Source of the DNA: Nanobdellota archaeon
GTDB taxonomy: Archaea > Nanobdellota > Nanobdellia > Woesearchaeales > GW2011-AR4
Direction of reading: 5' to 3'
Length of the DNA: 64,000 bases
Assembly (NCBI GenBank): GCA_038046385.1
Contig: JBBSWH010000009.1
Location: 47,039 to 111,038, forward strand
In this document: one piece after another, positions 28,141 to 37,170 of the stretch
Position numbering within the stretch: position 1 is the stretch's first letter
How the letters are laid out: each line of letters starts with the position of its first letter
Made by a program: the position numbers and the translations under genes
Notes under the pieces: model-generated
The model's database searches: none
What the model was told of the DNA's origin: nothing
The model's input: only the letters and a program-made list of their open reading frames with translations

Positions 28141-29094
28141 ATGAAAATAAAGGGAAAGAAGCTGTTCATCACAGGCGGAGCTGGATTCATTGCAAGCCAT
28201 TTAATCGAACGCTTGATAGATGACAATGAAATCATCGTTTACGACACGATGCACAGGAATGCGCTGCAATACACTGACCTTCAAAAGCACAAGAATCTCA
28301 AGATAATAAAAGGCGATGTTCTGGATCAAGAGCAATTAGAAAAGTCATTAGGAAATTCTGATACTGTTATCCACATGGCGTCAATTGCAGGAGTTTCAAC
28401 TGTTGTCGAGCATCCAGCCTTGACATTAAAGATAAACTTGATTGGAACTTATAATCTTCTCGAGGCGTGCAGGAAAAAAGGAATAAAAAGGTTCATTTCA
28501 TTCTCCACAAGCGAAGTTTACGGCCCAAATATATACCAGGCTGATGAAAACGGATTTACAACAATAGGCGCAGTAGGCCAGCCAAGATGGACATATGCCA
28601 TGTCAAAATTGGCAGGCGAGTTTATGGCTTACAGCTACTTCAAGGAGCACGGGATAAGGTTTACAAGCTTAAGGCCGTTTAATGTCTATGGCCCAAGGCA
28701 GGTTGGGGAAGGCGCAATCCACAATTTCATTGTTAAAGCCGTAAATGGTGAGCCATTGACAGTCCACGAGCCTGGCTCGCAAGTAAGGTCATGGTGCTAC
28801 ATAACGGATATGGTAGATGCAATAGAATCAGTTTTGACAACAAAAGAATCTGAAGGGGAAGTTTTCAACATAGGAACGCCGCAGGCGACTTCAACAACGC
28901 TGCAGACAGCTGAAACTGTTATAAGGCTTGCAAATTCAAAATCAAAGATAGAATTCAAGGAGATAAAATACCCTGATGTTGAGATAAGGGTTCCAAGCAT
29001 AAAGAAGGCAGAAAGAATTCTCAATTTTAAGCCAAAAGTGGGCTTTGAAGAAGGCATAAAGAATACAATCGAGTGGTATAAAAAGCAAAAATGA
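28141..29094 (+). CDS. NAD-dependent nucleotide-sugar epimerase/dehydratase/decarboxylase (extended SDR)
   Basis: Motifs TGGAGFIA, STSEVYG, RWTYAMSK and FNVYGP. Confidence 0.92.
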   Translation: MKIKGKKLFITGGAGFIASHLIERLIDDNEIIVYDTMHRNALQYTDLQKHKNLKIIKGDVLDQEQLEKSLGNSDTVIHMASIAGVSTVVEHPALTLKINLIGTYNLLEACRKKGIKRFISFSTSEVYGPNIYQADENGFTTIGAVGQPRWTYAMSKLAGEFMAYSYFKEHGIRFTSLRPFNVYGPRQVGEGAIHNFIVKAVNGEPLTVHEPGSQVRSWCYITDMVDAIESVLTTKESEGEVFNIGTPQATSTTLQTAETVIRLANSKSKIEFKEIKYPDVEIRVPSIKKAERILNFKPKVGFEEGIKNTIEWYKKQK

Positions 29095-29996
29095 AAATAT
29101 TGCTTACCGGCGCATCAGGCTTCATCGGAAAAAATTTCCTTGAGCTTGCGCCAAAAGATCTAGAAATTGTTGCAGTTTACAATAATTCTAAAGATGTTGA
29201 AAATTTTGTAAAAGAAAAGAAGCTAAGCAACGTAACGCTGCACAAATGCGACTTAAACAATGAAGATGAAGTAAAACATCTTTTCAAGAAGCACGGGCAT
29301 TTTGACAACTGCATTTATTTAGCTGGAAATGTCAACATACCTTTGTCGATAAAAGAGCCGATGAAAGATTTGAATGCGAATGTATTTGCCTTAATTAATT
29401 TCCTCAAAAATTCTGATATTGACAGGATAATCTATATGTCATCTGCAGCTGTTTACGAGGGCAATAGCGGAAAAGTAACGGTTTCAACACCGTTGAATCC
29501 GCATGTGCCTTATAGCATCTCGAAGCTGCTTGGGGAGCAGTGTGTCATTGCATTCTGCAACACAAAAAAAATAAAGAATTATGCTATAATAAGATTTGGG
29601 GGAGCATTCGGAAAGTATTCGGAGCATAAGTTCATGACACAATTAGCAAGGCAATTACTGCAAGGCAGCAAAACAATAGAAGTTTACGGCGATGGCACAA
29701 ACATAATCAATGTGATGTATGCCAAAGACACAATAAATGCCCTGATAAAATGCCTGAAGAGCAGAAAAATAAATAATATATCCAACCTCGGGCAGGATAA
29801 CATGACAATAGCCCAAACAGTAAAAAGGACAGCAAAGGCTTTGAACAAAAAAATAAAAATAACTTATACAGAAAAAAGAAAAGACCAGAAATACATATCA
29901 TTCAGCACAGACAACAGCTTCAACAAAATCTTTAATTTTAAGCCAAAGTATTCTTTTGAAGAGGGAATAAAAGAATTTGCATCGACACTAAAATGA
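29091..29996 (+). CDS. NAD-dependent epimerase/reductase (extended SDR)
   Basis: Motifs TGASGFIG, SSAAVY and YSISK. Confidence 0.88.
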   Translation: MKILLTGASGFIGKNFLELAPKDLEIVAVYNNSKDVENFVKEKKLSNVTLHKCDLNNEDEVKHLFKKHGHFDNCIYLAGNVNIPLSIKEPMKDLNANVFALINFLKNSDIDRIIYMSSAAVYEGNSGKVTVSTPLNPHVPYSISKLLGEQCVIAFCNTKKIKNYAIIRFGGAFGKYSEHKFMTQLARQLLQGSKTIEVYGDGTNIINVMYAKDTINALIKCLKSRKINNISNLGQDNMTIAQTVKRTAKALNKKIKITYTEKRKDQKYISFSTDNSFNKIFNFKPKYSFEEGIKEFASTLK

Positions 29997-30952
29997 AAAT
30001 TAAAATATCTTTTGTGATTCTGTCATACAATGACTCAGACATGGCAATAAATGCCATACAATCAATAAAAAAGCTGAAAACAAAATACAAATATGACATT
30101 TTTGTCGTTGACAACGGCTCAATAGGCGGCGCAAAATCAATAAAAAACAAATTCAAGGACGTAAAAGTAATTGAGCTAAAGGAAAATGCCGGGACAGCTG
30201 CATATGACTATGCCATAAAAAAATCAGATGCAAAGTACATATATTTTACCGGCTGCGACATTGAAGCAAAAGAAGACATGCTGGACAAACTTGTACATTT
30301 CCTAGAAAAAAACAATGACGCAGTGCAGGCGGCGCCAAAATATATAAGCATATACGATAAAAAGACAATCGATTTAGCAGGAACGTGGCTTTCAAGATCT
30401 TTTTATTCAGGAACTTTCAAGGACAATACTCTTGGAAGCAAGCCGGCTGAGATACCCTACATTGGAACGGGACTGATAAGGAAGGATTTTATTGACAGAT
30501 GGGGATATTTATTTGATAATGATTATTTTTTCTATGGGGAAGATGTTGATTTAGGATTAAGAATAAGACTGATGGGCTACAAAGTCTATTACATACCAGA
30601 TTCAATTGTTTACCATGCAGGATCAATGTCAAGAAGAGTGCATAAACCATCATACCTTACCTTTTTGATGGAAAGAAACCTTATGAGGACATTTTACCAG
30701 ACAATGTCAGTCAAAAGCATAATGAAATTTAAGATATACGGCCTGCTGATGCGGATTATTGCAATAATAAAAGACATTTTGACATTAAATATAGGAAATG
30801 CATTTGCAAGGTTAAAGGCAATTCTTTGGATGATATTTAACATCGTTAAAGTATTCAGAAAAAGAAATGAAGTGCAGAAGATGAGAAAAGTTAAAGACGA
30901 AGAACTGCTGAAGCATTTCAGCGAAAAGCACTTATGGAGCAGAATTATATAA
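29993..30952 (+). CDS. Glycosyltransferase family 2 (WbbL/rhamnosyltransferase-like)
   Basis: Motifs VILSYN, VVDNGS, FFYGEDVDLGLR, VYH and ERN. Confidence 0.88.
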   Translation: MKIKISFVILSYNDSDMAINAIQSIKKLKTKYKYDIFVVDNGSIGGAKSIKNKFKDVKVIELKENAGTAAYDYAIKKSDAKYIYFTGCDIEAKEDMLDKLVHFLEKNNDAVQAAPKYISIYDKKTIDLAGTWLSRSFYSGTFKDNTLGSKPAEIPYIGTGLIRKDFIDRWGYLFDNDYFFYGEDVDLGLRIRLMGYKVYYIPDSIVYHAGSMSRRVHKPSYLTFLMERNLMRTFYQTMSVKSIMKFKIYGLLMRIIAIIKDILTLNIGNAFARLKAILWMIFNIVKVFRKRNEVQKMRKVKDEELLKHFSEKHLWSRII

Positions 30953-30962
30953 AAAAATCAAA

Positions 30963-32402
30963 ATGAAAAAAACTCCAATTTACAAAAACAAAAAACTATT
31001 GCTGGCGTTAATAGTTTTATTTGGGATTATCTTGAGGCTTGCATTCTTTACAGGCATGGCAATATCAGATTCGCTGGCATACAGCAAGGCTGCAAACGAC
31101 ATAAATCTCGGAAAAGGGATTGACCAGGGAAGCACTTTAACTTTGTCTACGAGAATTGGAATAGTCTATGCAACAGCTTTATCTTACAGGATTTTCGGAA
31201 TCAGTGATTTTTCATCTGTATTTTTTGTATTGCTCAGCTCGATAGGGGGAATCATACTGATTTATTATTTTGGAAAGCTATTGTTTAATGAGAATATAGG
31301 ATTAATAGCAGCTTTCCTGCTGTCTTTTTTCCCGCTGGATGCTGTTTATTCTACACAGGTTGTTTCAGACATTCCATCAGCATTTTTTATGTCTCTTGGA
31401 GTTTATGTTTTCCTGTACAATGAGATAAAAAACAAATCCGGATGCCTGAATTACCTGCTATCCGGATTATTCATAGGGATTGGATATTTAATAAGGGAAA
31501 GCGCACTGCTTATTGCACTGTTCTTCATTGCTTATATCATCTACAGCAGAAAAATAAAGCTCCAGTATCTCATGGTTCCGCTCGGAGTCTTGATTGTGCT
31601 GGCATTTGAAATGCTTGTTTTCTTTAATCTTACCGGAGATCCTTTCTTCAGGTTTACAGCATCGCAAAATTACCTTAAGGAAGCTTCTGCATTGCACAAT
31701 TACTTCGGAAGGCTAGATTTTCCTGCAGGATTATTCCATTATCCGTGGATGTTCCTCACAAACGGGCTTTTGTCAGGATTTTATACCCTGGCTTTTATTG
31801 CTGCATTATATTTTCTGATTAAGAGGAAAAAGAAAACATATTTTCTTTTGCTTTGGTTTATTTCTTTGCTTACCTACTTAAGCTTCGGCTCCGGCAGCCT
31901 GACATCATACATACCATTCCGCGCTGTTGACAGGTACACAATGATAGCAACAGTTCCTGCATTGCTTTTGGTTGCAGTGTTCCTAAAAGAAAACAGATTT
32001 ATTGAAAATAAAAAATTAATGCTTTTTGTTATTGGACTTTTGTTGCTATTATCAGTCTTTGCAATACACCTGCACGACAACAGAAACCAGCTCGGAAGAT
32101 TAAGGGAGCTTAGTTTAGAAATCTCAGGATTTCAAAAGCCAATTTACATTGATGAAAGGTCTGTGCTTGCGCTGGGCTACATATCCAGCTTTAAAAGCAG
32201 CCTTGATTTAAGGCAATATCCGGATGACATGTCAAAAATAAGCAGTTCTTATGCAATAATAAATGCGGAAATGATAAGAAACATCAGGGAGGCAAACCCA
32301 ACAATAATTTTTCCAAAAGAAACGGAAAGCATACCTCTGAACTGGCAATTGGCAAAAGAAATTGGAACAAAGGAAAAAATATCCATTTATGAGATAAAAT
32401 GA
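30963..32402 (+). CDS. GT-C (ArnT/PMT_2, GT39-like) membrane glycosyltransferase
   Basis: LRL-TM1 is followed by SDSLAY, then multiple TMs, GDP and DRY motifs. Confidence 0.8.
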   Translation: MKKTPIYKNKKLLLALIVLFGIILRLAFFTGMAISDSLAYSKAANDINLGKGIDQGSTLTLSTRIGIVYATALSYRIFGISDFSSVFFVLLSSIGGIILIYYFGKLLFNENIGLIAAFLLSFFPLDAVYSTQVVSDIPSAFFMSLGVYVFLYNEIKNKSGCLNYLLSGLFIGIGYLIRESALLIALFFIAYIIYSRKIKLQYLMVPLGVLIVLAFEMLVFFNLTGDPFFRFTASQNYLKEASALHNYFGRLDFPAGLFHYPWMFLTNGLLSGFYTLAFIAALYFLIKRKKKTYFLLLWFISLLTYLSFGSGSLTSYIPFRAVDRYTMIATVPALLLVAVFLKENRFIENKKLMLFVIGLLLLLSVFAIHLHDNRNQLGRLRELSLEISGFQKPIYIDERSVLALGYISSFKSSLDLRQYPDDMSKISSSYAIINAEMIRNIREANPTIIFPKETESIPLNWQLAKEIGTKEKISIYEIK

Positions 32403-33892
32403 ACTACACCAAACTGGCAGTAAGGGGGGCGGCAATAGTATTTGCAACTTCAATAGTGGCTGCATTTTTAGGATATCTCGTAAGGCTTGTGATGGTAAGG
32501 AACTTAAGCCTTGAGGATGTCGGTCTATTTTATTCTATTTTCTCGTTTTTAAGCGTTCTTAACGTCTTCAAGGCTCTTGGAGTCGATACCGCTCTTGTAA
32601 AGTTCATTCCGGAATTTTTAAGCAAGAAGAAGAATGATTATGCCAAATCATCTATTGTGTATGCGACTGTAATCCAGCTGATAAACAATACGATAATACT
32701 CGGAAGCGTTTATTTTTTTTCCAGCTACCTTAGCGTGCATTATTTTCACAGCGAGAAAGCCGTAATTCTTCTAAGGTTGATGCTGGTTGCCTTCTATATA
32801 GACAGCCTTACACTGATATTGAAATACTCGTTCCAGGGATTCAAGGACATGATTAATTTCTCCGTGATAGATTTGGTAAGGATGATGCTGATAATCGCAG
32901 TGCTTTTGATAGGGTTTAAGCTCAATGCAGGAATATTAAGCCCGGCAATAGCATACATACTGGTTCCAATAATTCTTCTCATGATTTTTGGAAACATACT
33001 TTTCAGAAAAACATTCCCGCAGTTTTCAAAATCCAACCTAGTCAAAGATGCAAAGTTCTTCAGGGAGATGGTAAGGTACGGGATACATGTCATGGCAGTC
33101 AGCGTCGGAAACGTAATACTGGGAAACATCGATATCATGGTGCTCACATATTTTTCAGGATTGGCAAGCGTCGGTCTTTACAGTGTTGCCCTTCCAACAG
33201 GAAAGCTGCTGCTTTATCTTCCAAGAGCCATAGGGGGAATAATGCTTCCTTTGAGCGCAGAGCTGTGGGCAGAAAACAAGAAGCATATTCTTAAGGCAGG
33301 GATAGAGAAGCTTTACAAGTATTCCATTATAGCAATAGTGCCGCTGGTATTTGCAATTTTCTCATTTTCAGATTTTATTCTTAATATGTTCTTTGGCAGC
33401 GCATATGCTGCTGCAGGCATGGCATTGAAAATACTCGTAATAGGAATGATATTTGCAGCTATTTACGGCATTAATATAAACTTCTTTGCTGCCATAGGCA
33501 AGCCGGAAATCAACAGCAAAATAATTTACAGCGCAGCTGTGTTTAACCTGATAGGAAACCTGATTATGGTTCCTTTAATAGGGATAAAAGGGGCTGCAAT
33601 TTCAACTTCCGTAAGCTACCTGATAATGATGGTAATCGGGCTTTTTTACATAAAAAAATACATAAAAATAAAGCTTCCGTTTAGAAACTGGGCTATGTCC
33701 ATTTTATCCGGAATGGCATTCATATTTGTAATATTCACATTAAAAAAATTGATGATGTTTAATGTGTGGGTTGAGGCCGCATTGTCGCTGACAGCAGCAT
33801 CGTTGGCTTATATTGCACTGCTTCTTCTTATTAAAGTCATAAGCATTGAAGAATTAAAGTCAGTATACGAAAGAATATTCAGGCAGTCATAG
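32399..33892 (+). CDS. Oligosaccharide flippase (Wzx/MOP superfamily)
   Basis: About 14 TMs with motifs R-x-L-S-x-E-D-V-G, IDIMVL..F....VGLYS and LIGIKGAAIST. Confidence 0.9.
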   Translation: MNYTKLAVRGAAIVFATSIVAAFLGYLVRLVMVRNLSLEDVGLFYSIFSFLSVLNVFKALGVDTALVKFIPEFLSKKKNDYAKSSIVYATVIQLINNTIILGSVYFFSSYLSVHYFHSEKAVILLRLMLVAFYIDSLTLILKYSFQGFKDMINFSVIDLVRMMLIIAVLLIGFKLNAGILSPAIAYILVPIILLMIFGNILFRKTFPQFSKSNLVKDAKFFREMVRYGIHVMAVSVGNVILGNIDIMVLTYFSGLASVGLYSVALPTGKLLLYLPRAIGGIMLPLSAELWAENKKHILKAGIEKLYKYSIIAIVPLVFAIFSFSDFILNMFFGSAYAAAGMALKILVIGMIFAAIYGININFFAAIGKPEINSKIIYSAAVFNLIGNLIMVPLIGIKGAAISTSVSYLIMMVIGLFYIKKYIKIKLPFRNWAMSILSGMAFIFVIFTLKKLMMFNVWVEAALSLTAASLAYIALLLLIKVISIEELKSVYERIFRQS

Positions 33893-34549
33893 CTTCTCAA
33901 TAATGAAATAAGCATGGCTGCATTCTATTATGCCGTTCTTTAATTTGAAAAATTTTCTGAAACTCTCGCTTGCGTTTTCATGCTCTTTCAGAAGGCCCCA
34001 GACATTAAGGTTGATATTGAATTTTATTTTTCCTTCTTTTATTATTTTTACATCATTTTTTTTGAGGAGCAGGCTGCGCCACTCACTTTGCGTAAGGTAC
34101 GACCTTTTTCCCTTGCTGCTCATCATTTTTTTATACTCTTCCGCAACTTCTTCAGGGAGATGGCTCACGCTTGCGACAATTTTTCCACGTGGCTTAAGCA
34201 CCCTGATGAGCTCGCTATAAGCTTTTTCAGGATTTTCAAGCCTGTGCAAAACAGACCTGCAGAAAATTGCGTCAAAAACACTGTCCTTTATCATCCACAG
34301 GTCAAGTATGCTTGTCCTTAAGGTAGAGGCGTGATGCACCATTGCGTTTTTGCTTAGCATGGCCCAGTCATAGTCAATCTGCAGAACATCCTTCACTTTT
34401 GGCCTTACTTCTTCGGCTACATAGCCGCTGCCGCATCCTGCGTCAAGAACATAATTGTTTTTGTCAAGCTTAACAAGATTTACAAATTGCCGTATGTAAT
34501 CTCTGTCTTTCATCCAGTCGTCGCTTTTTGAATAGTCTATTTTATCCAT
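33887..34549 (-). CDS. Class I SAM-dependent methyltransferase
   Basis: Motifs VLDAGCGSG, FD and RVLKPRG. The start may alternatively be GTG 34570. Confidence 0.85.
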   Translation of the reverse strand: MDKIDYSKSDDWMKDRDYIRQFVNLVKLDKNNYVLDAGCGSGYVAEEVRPKVKDVLQIDYDWAMLSKNAMVHHASTLRTSILDLWMIKDSVFDAIFCRSVLHRLENPEKAYSELIRVLKPRGKIVASVSHLPEEVAEEYKKMMSSKGKRSYLTQSEWRSLLLKKNDVKIIKEGKIKFNINLNVWGLLKEHENASESFRKFFKLKNGIIECSHAYFIIEKL

Positions 34550-34575
34550 AGGTATCAGCCTGAAAAACACACAAT

Positions 34576-35697
34576 CTACTGCTCAGAATCCAGCAATCCC
34601 ATTAAATAGTTTTCTATTTCAGGAAATTTTCCGATTAAGCTGATGTTTTCTTCCGGGTCATCTTCAAGATTGTAAAGCTCGTTTTTTCCGCTGGTTTCGT
34701 TGATTATAAGCTTCCATTTGCTGTTTCTTACGCACTTGACATTATGTTTTTCAGGAGACGGAGTTGGGCCCCCCAAGCCTCCTGTTTCGGAATACGATGT
34801 TCTTTCGTCTTTTTTGCCTTTTATCAGCGGAAGGAAAGTTTTTCCCTGCATTTTCATATAATCTGATTTTTCTTTGATTCCAAGAGCATCAAGCAGCGTC
34901 GGCATTATGTCTATGCTTCTTACAAGGCCGTTTACTTCAAGCCCTTTTGTGAAGCCATTGCCGATGGCATATAAAAAGCACTTTATAGTATAATCATAAA
35001 GATATGAGCCGTAAGCCTTTTCCCCAACTTTGTCCCCTATGCTTGCCCCATGATCATTAAAAACAATTATTATGGAATTTTCCCACAGCCCCAATTCTTT
35101 TATCTTATTGATTATCGATTTCAAATAAACCGCGCTTGCCTCAAGATATTTTATGTAGCTTTCCAGATTCTTATCCTTATTTTTGAAGTATTCCTCATCG
35201 AAATCGGTGTATTTTTTTATCACATTGCTGACAAGGCTTGTGTGCAGCTTGCTGTAGTCAAGGAAAAGATAAAAAGGAAGCTTGCCTTTTATTCTGGTTA
35301 GGATTTCCGAATGTCTTTCTACTAAGTCATCATTGAACTCGTCATGAACAGTCAGCTTGTCAAACCCCTGAGAAGGAACAGTGTCGCCGCGTATCAAATC
35401 ACCTTCAGTATAGTATCCCTGTTCCTTTAAGTATTGAGGAAGCGTAAAGCATTCTTTCTTTTTGAAGCTGAATGCTTTGTAGTATCCGTCAACTCCGTTT
35501 TTATTTCCATATACTCCTGAGAATGTGGCGTGCAATGAGGCTATCGTGTAAGGCGCATAAGTTATCATCTGCGAGAAAAAAACACCTTCTTTTTTCAGCT
35601 CATTGTAGTAAGGCACTTTTTCTAAAGTGTTGTGCCTTGCCCCGTCCATCAGTATCATTATTACATTGGGCCTTTTTCTTTTCAAAAAACTGAGCAT
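34576..35697 (-). CDS. Sulfatase-like / alkaline-phosphatase-superfamily hydrolase or transferase
   Basis: Motifs RPNVIMILMD, PYTIASLHATFSG, NDHG, DIMPTLLD and ELYNLEDDPEE. Confidence 0.85.
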   Translation of the reverse strand: MLSFLKRKRPNVIMILMDGARHNTLEKVPYYNELKKEGVFFSQMITYAPYTIASLHATFSGVYGNKNGVDGYYKAFSFKKKECFTLPQYLKEQGYYTEGDLIRGDTVPSQGFDKLTVHDEFNDDLVERHSEILTRIKGKLPFYLFLDYSKLHTSLVSNVIKKYTDFDEEYFKNKDKNLESYIKYLEASAVYLKSIINKIKELGLWENSIIIVFNDHGASIGDKVGEKAYGSYLYDYTIKCFLYAIGNGFTKGLEVNGLVRSIDIMPTLLDALGIKEKSDYMKMQGKTFLPLIKGKKDERTSYSETGGLGGPTPSPEKHNVKCVRNSKWKLIINETSGKNELYNLEDDPEENISLIGKFPEIENYLMGLLDSEQ

Positions 35698-35734
35698 AAG
35701 AAAGATTAATATCTGTAATTTATAAATTTATCAG

Positions 35735-37066
35735 TCAGTCCATATATCCGAGGCTGCGCAGCAGCTTTTTTGACTTTTCTGTCAAGTCAGGCTCGTTCCC
35801 ATCTGATTTTTCATTACGCATCCATGCCTGAAGGCCTGCTTTGAGCGCATCTGCCTTTTCCTTTTCCGCATCTATCATATTTTTTGTTTCATCAGGATCT
35901 TCTTTTATGTTGTAAAGCTCGAAAATGCTGTTTTCGGGATGCGGTATGCAAATCAGCTTCCACTCATTGGACCTTATCATGCGCCATTTGCCCTTTATGC
36001 CGTCTATGTAATGCCTGCTATTATCCTTAAAGTAGCTTATCCCCCCTTCTGCATACGAGAGCTTTCTCCATTCTGACTTCTCGGCGCATTTTACCAGACT
36101 TTTGCCGTCAATCTTGTCTATGAGCGGCATCTTCAGAATATCCAATATTGTTGGCATTATGTCGGTGGACTGCACCTGGAAATCATACCTCGAATCGGGA
36201 AGAATCTTTTTGCTGAATATCAGCGGGACTTTCAGCTCTGCGTCATATGCATAGTCTCCATGGCTGAAGTAAATATTATGCTCCCCTAGAGACTCGCCGT
36301 GGTCTGAAGTGACAATTATCAGGGTCTCATCAATCAGCTTCTTTTTTTCAAGGTGGCTGATTATCCGGCCTATCTGGAAATCAATATACCTTAAGGCGCC
36401 GTCGTAATGGGATATTGCATGCGTTATCTCCTTTTGTGAAAGATTGTTCCTGAAAATCAAGTCGCTTCTCCTGATTTTTTTAAGGTTCATGAAGATATGC
36501 TCTCCAGTATACTCCTTATCAAACATTTTACTGTAAGGGTGTTCTACATCATAGGGCCAATGCGCGTCTACATAATGCAGATAAAGAAAAAAATTCTTGC
36601 CTTTTGCTTCATTTATCTTTTTCACTGCAAAATTCGTCAGGGCTTTTCCAGTGCCTTCTTTATGCTTCCACTTCACTGCCTTTATCATTGACCTTCTTAT
36701 CTTGTTGATTATTTTCCATGACAGCGGATTAAAAGAATCAAATCCTTTTTCTAATCCGGAATTCCTTATATCTATTGAATGGCCAGAAGTCTTATATCCA
36801 TGGGATTTCAGTATTTCCTGCAATGTTGATACAGAAGGCTTCAGCCTGTCAGTGTACAGCTCTCTTATTCCATGGGAATGCGGATAAAGTCCCGTGAGAA
36901 TCGAGGCCACTGAAGGGGTTGTTCTTGGTATTGTTGCCATGCAATTCGGAAAAATGACGCCATTTTTTGCAAGCCCGTCTATGTTTGGAGTCGTATCTCT
37001 TTTGTACCCGTTTATGCCAAGATGATCCGACCTAAGGCAATCGACAACTATTAAAATTACATTCAT
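35735..37066 (-). CDS. Sulfatase-like / alkaline-phosphatase-superfamily hydrolase or transferase
   Basis: Motifs NVILIVVDCLRSDH, TPNID, RTTPSVASILTG, DAHWPY, TSDHGE, ELYNIKEDPDE and C-terminal LRSLGY. Confidence 0.9.
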   Translation of the reverse strand: MNVILIVVDCLRSDHLGINGYKRDTTPNIDGLAKNGVIFPNCMATIPRTTPSVASILTGLYPHSHGIRELYTDRLKPSVSTLQEILKSHGYKTSGHSIDIRNSGLEKGFDSFNPLSWKIINKIRRSMIKAVKWKHKEGTGKALTNFAVKKINEAKGKNFFLYLHYVDAHWPYDVEHPYSKMFDKEYTGEHIFMNLKKIRRSDLIFRNNLSQKEITHAISHYDGALRYIDFQIGRIISHLEKKKLIDETLIIVTSDHGESLGEHNIYFSHGDYAYDAELKVPLIFSKKILPDSRYDFQVQSTDIMPTILDILKMPLIDKIDGKSLVKCAEKSEWRKLSYAEGGISYFKDNSRHYIDGIKGKWRMIRSNEWKLICIPHPENSIFELYNIKEDPDETKNMIDAEKEKADALKAGLQAWMRNEKSDGNEPDLTEKSKKLLRSLGYMD

Positions 37067-37170
37067 TCTGCCTGTATACTCCTGATAGATATAAATATCT
37101 TGTGAAACATCATCTCACAAAACTTTATAAACGCCTATCATTACTCTTTAATATTTAGTATAAGAATAAA

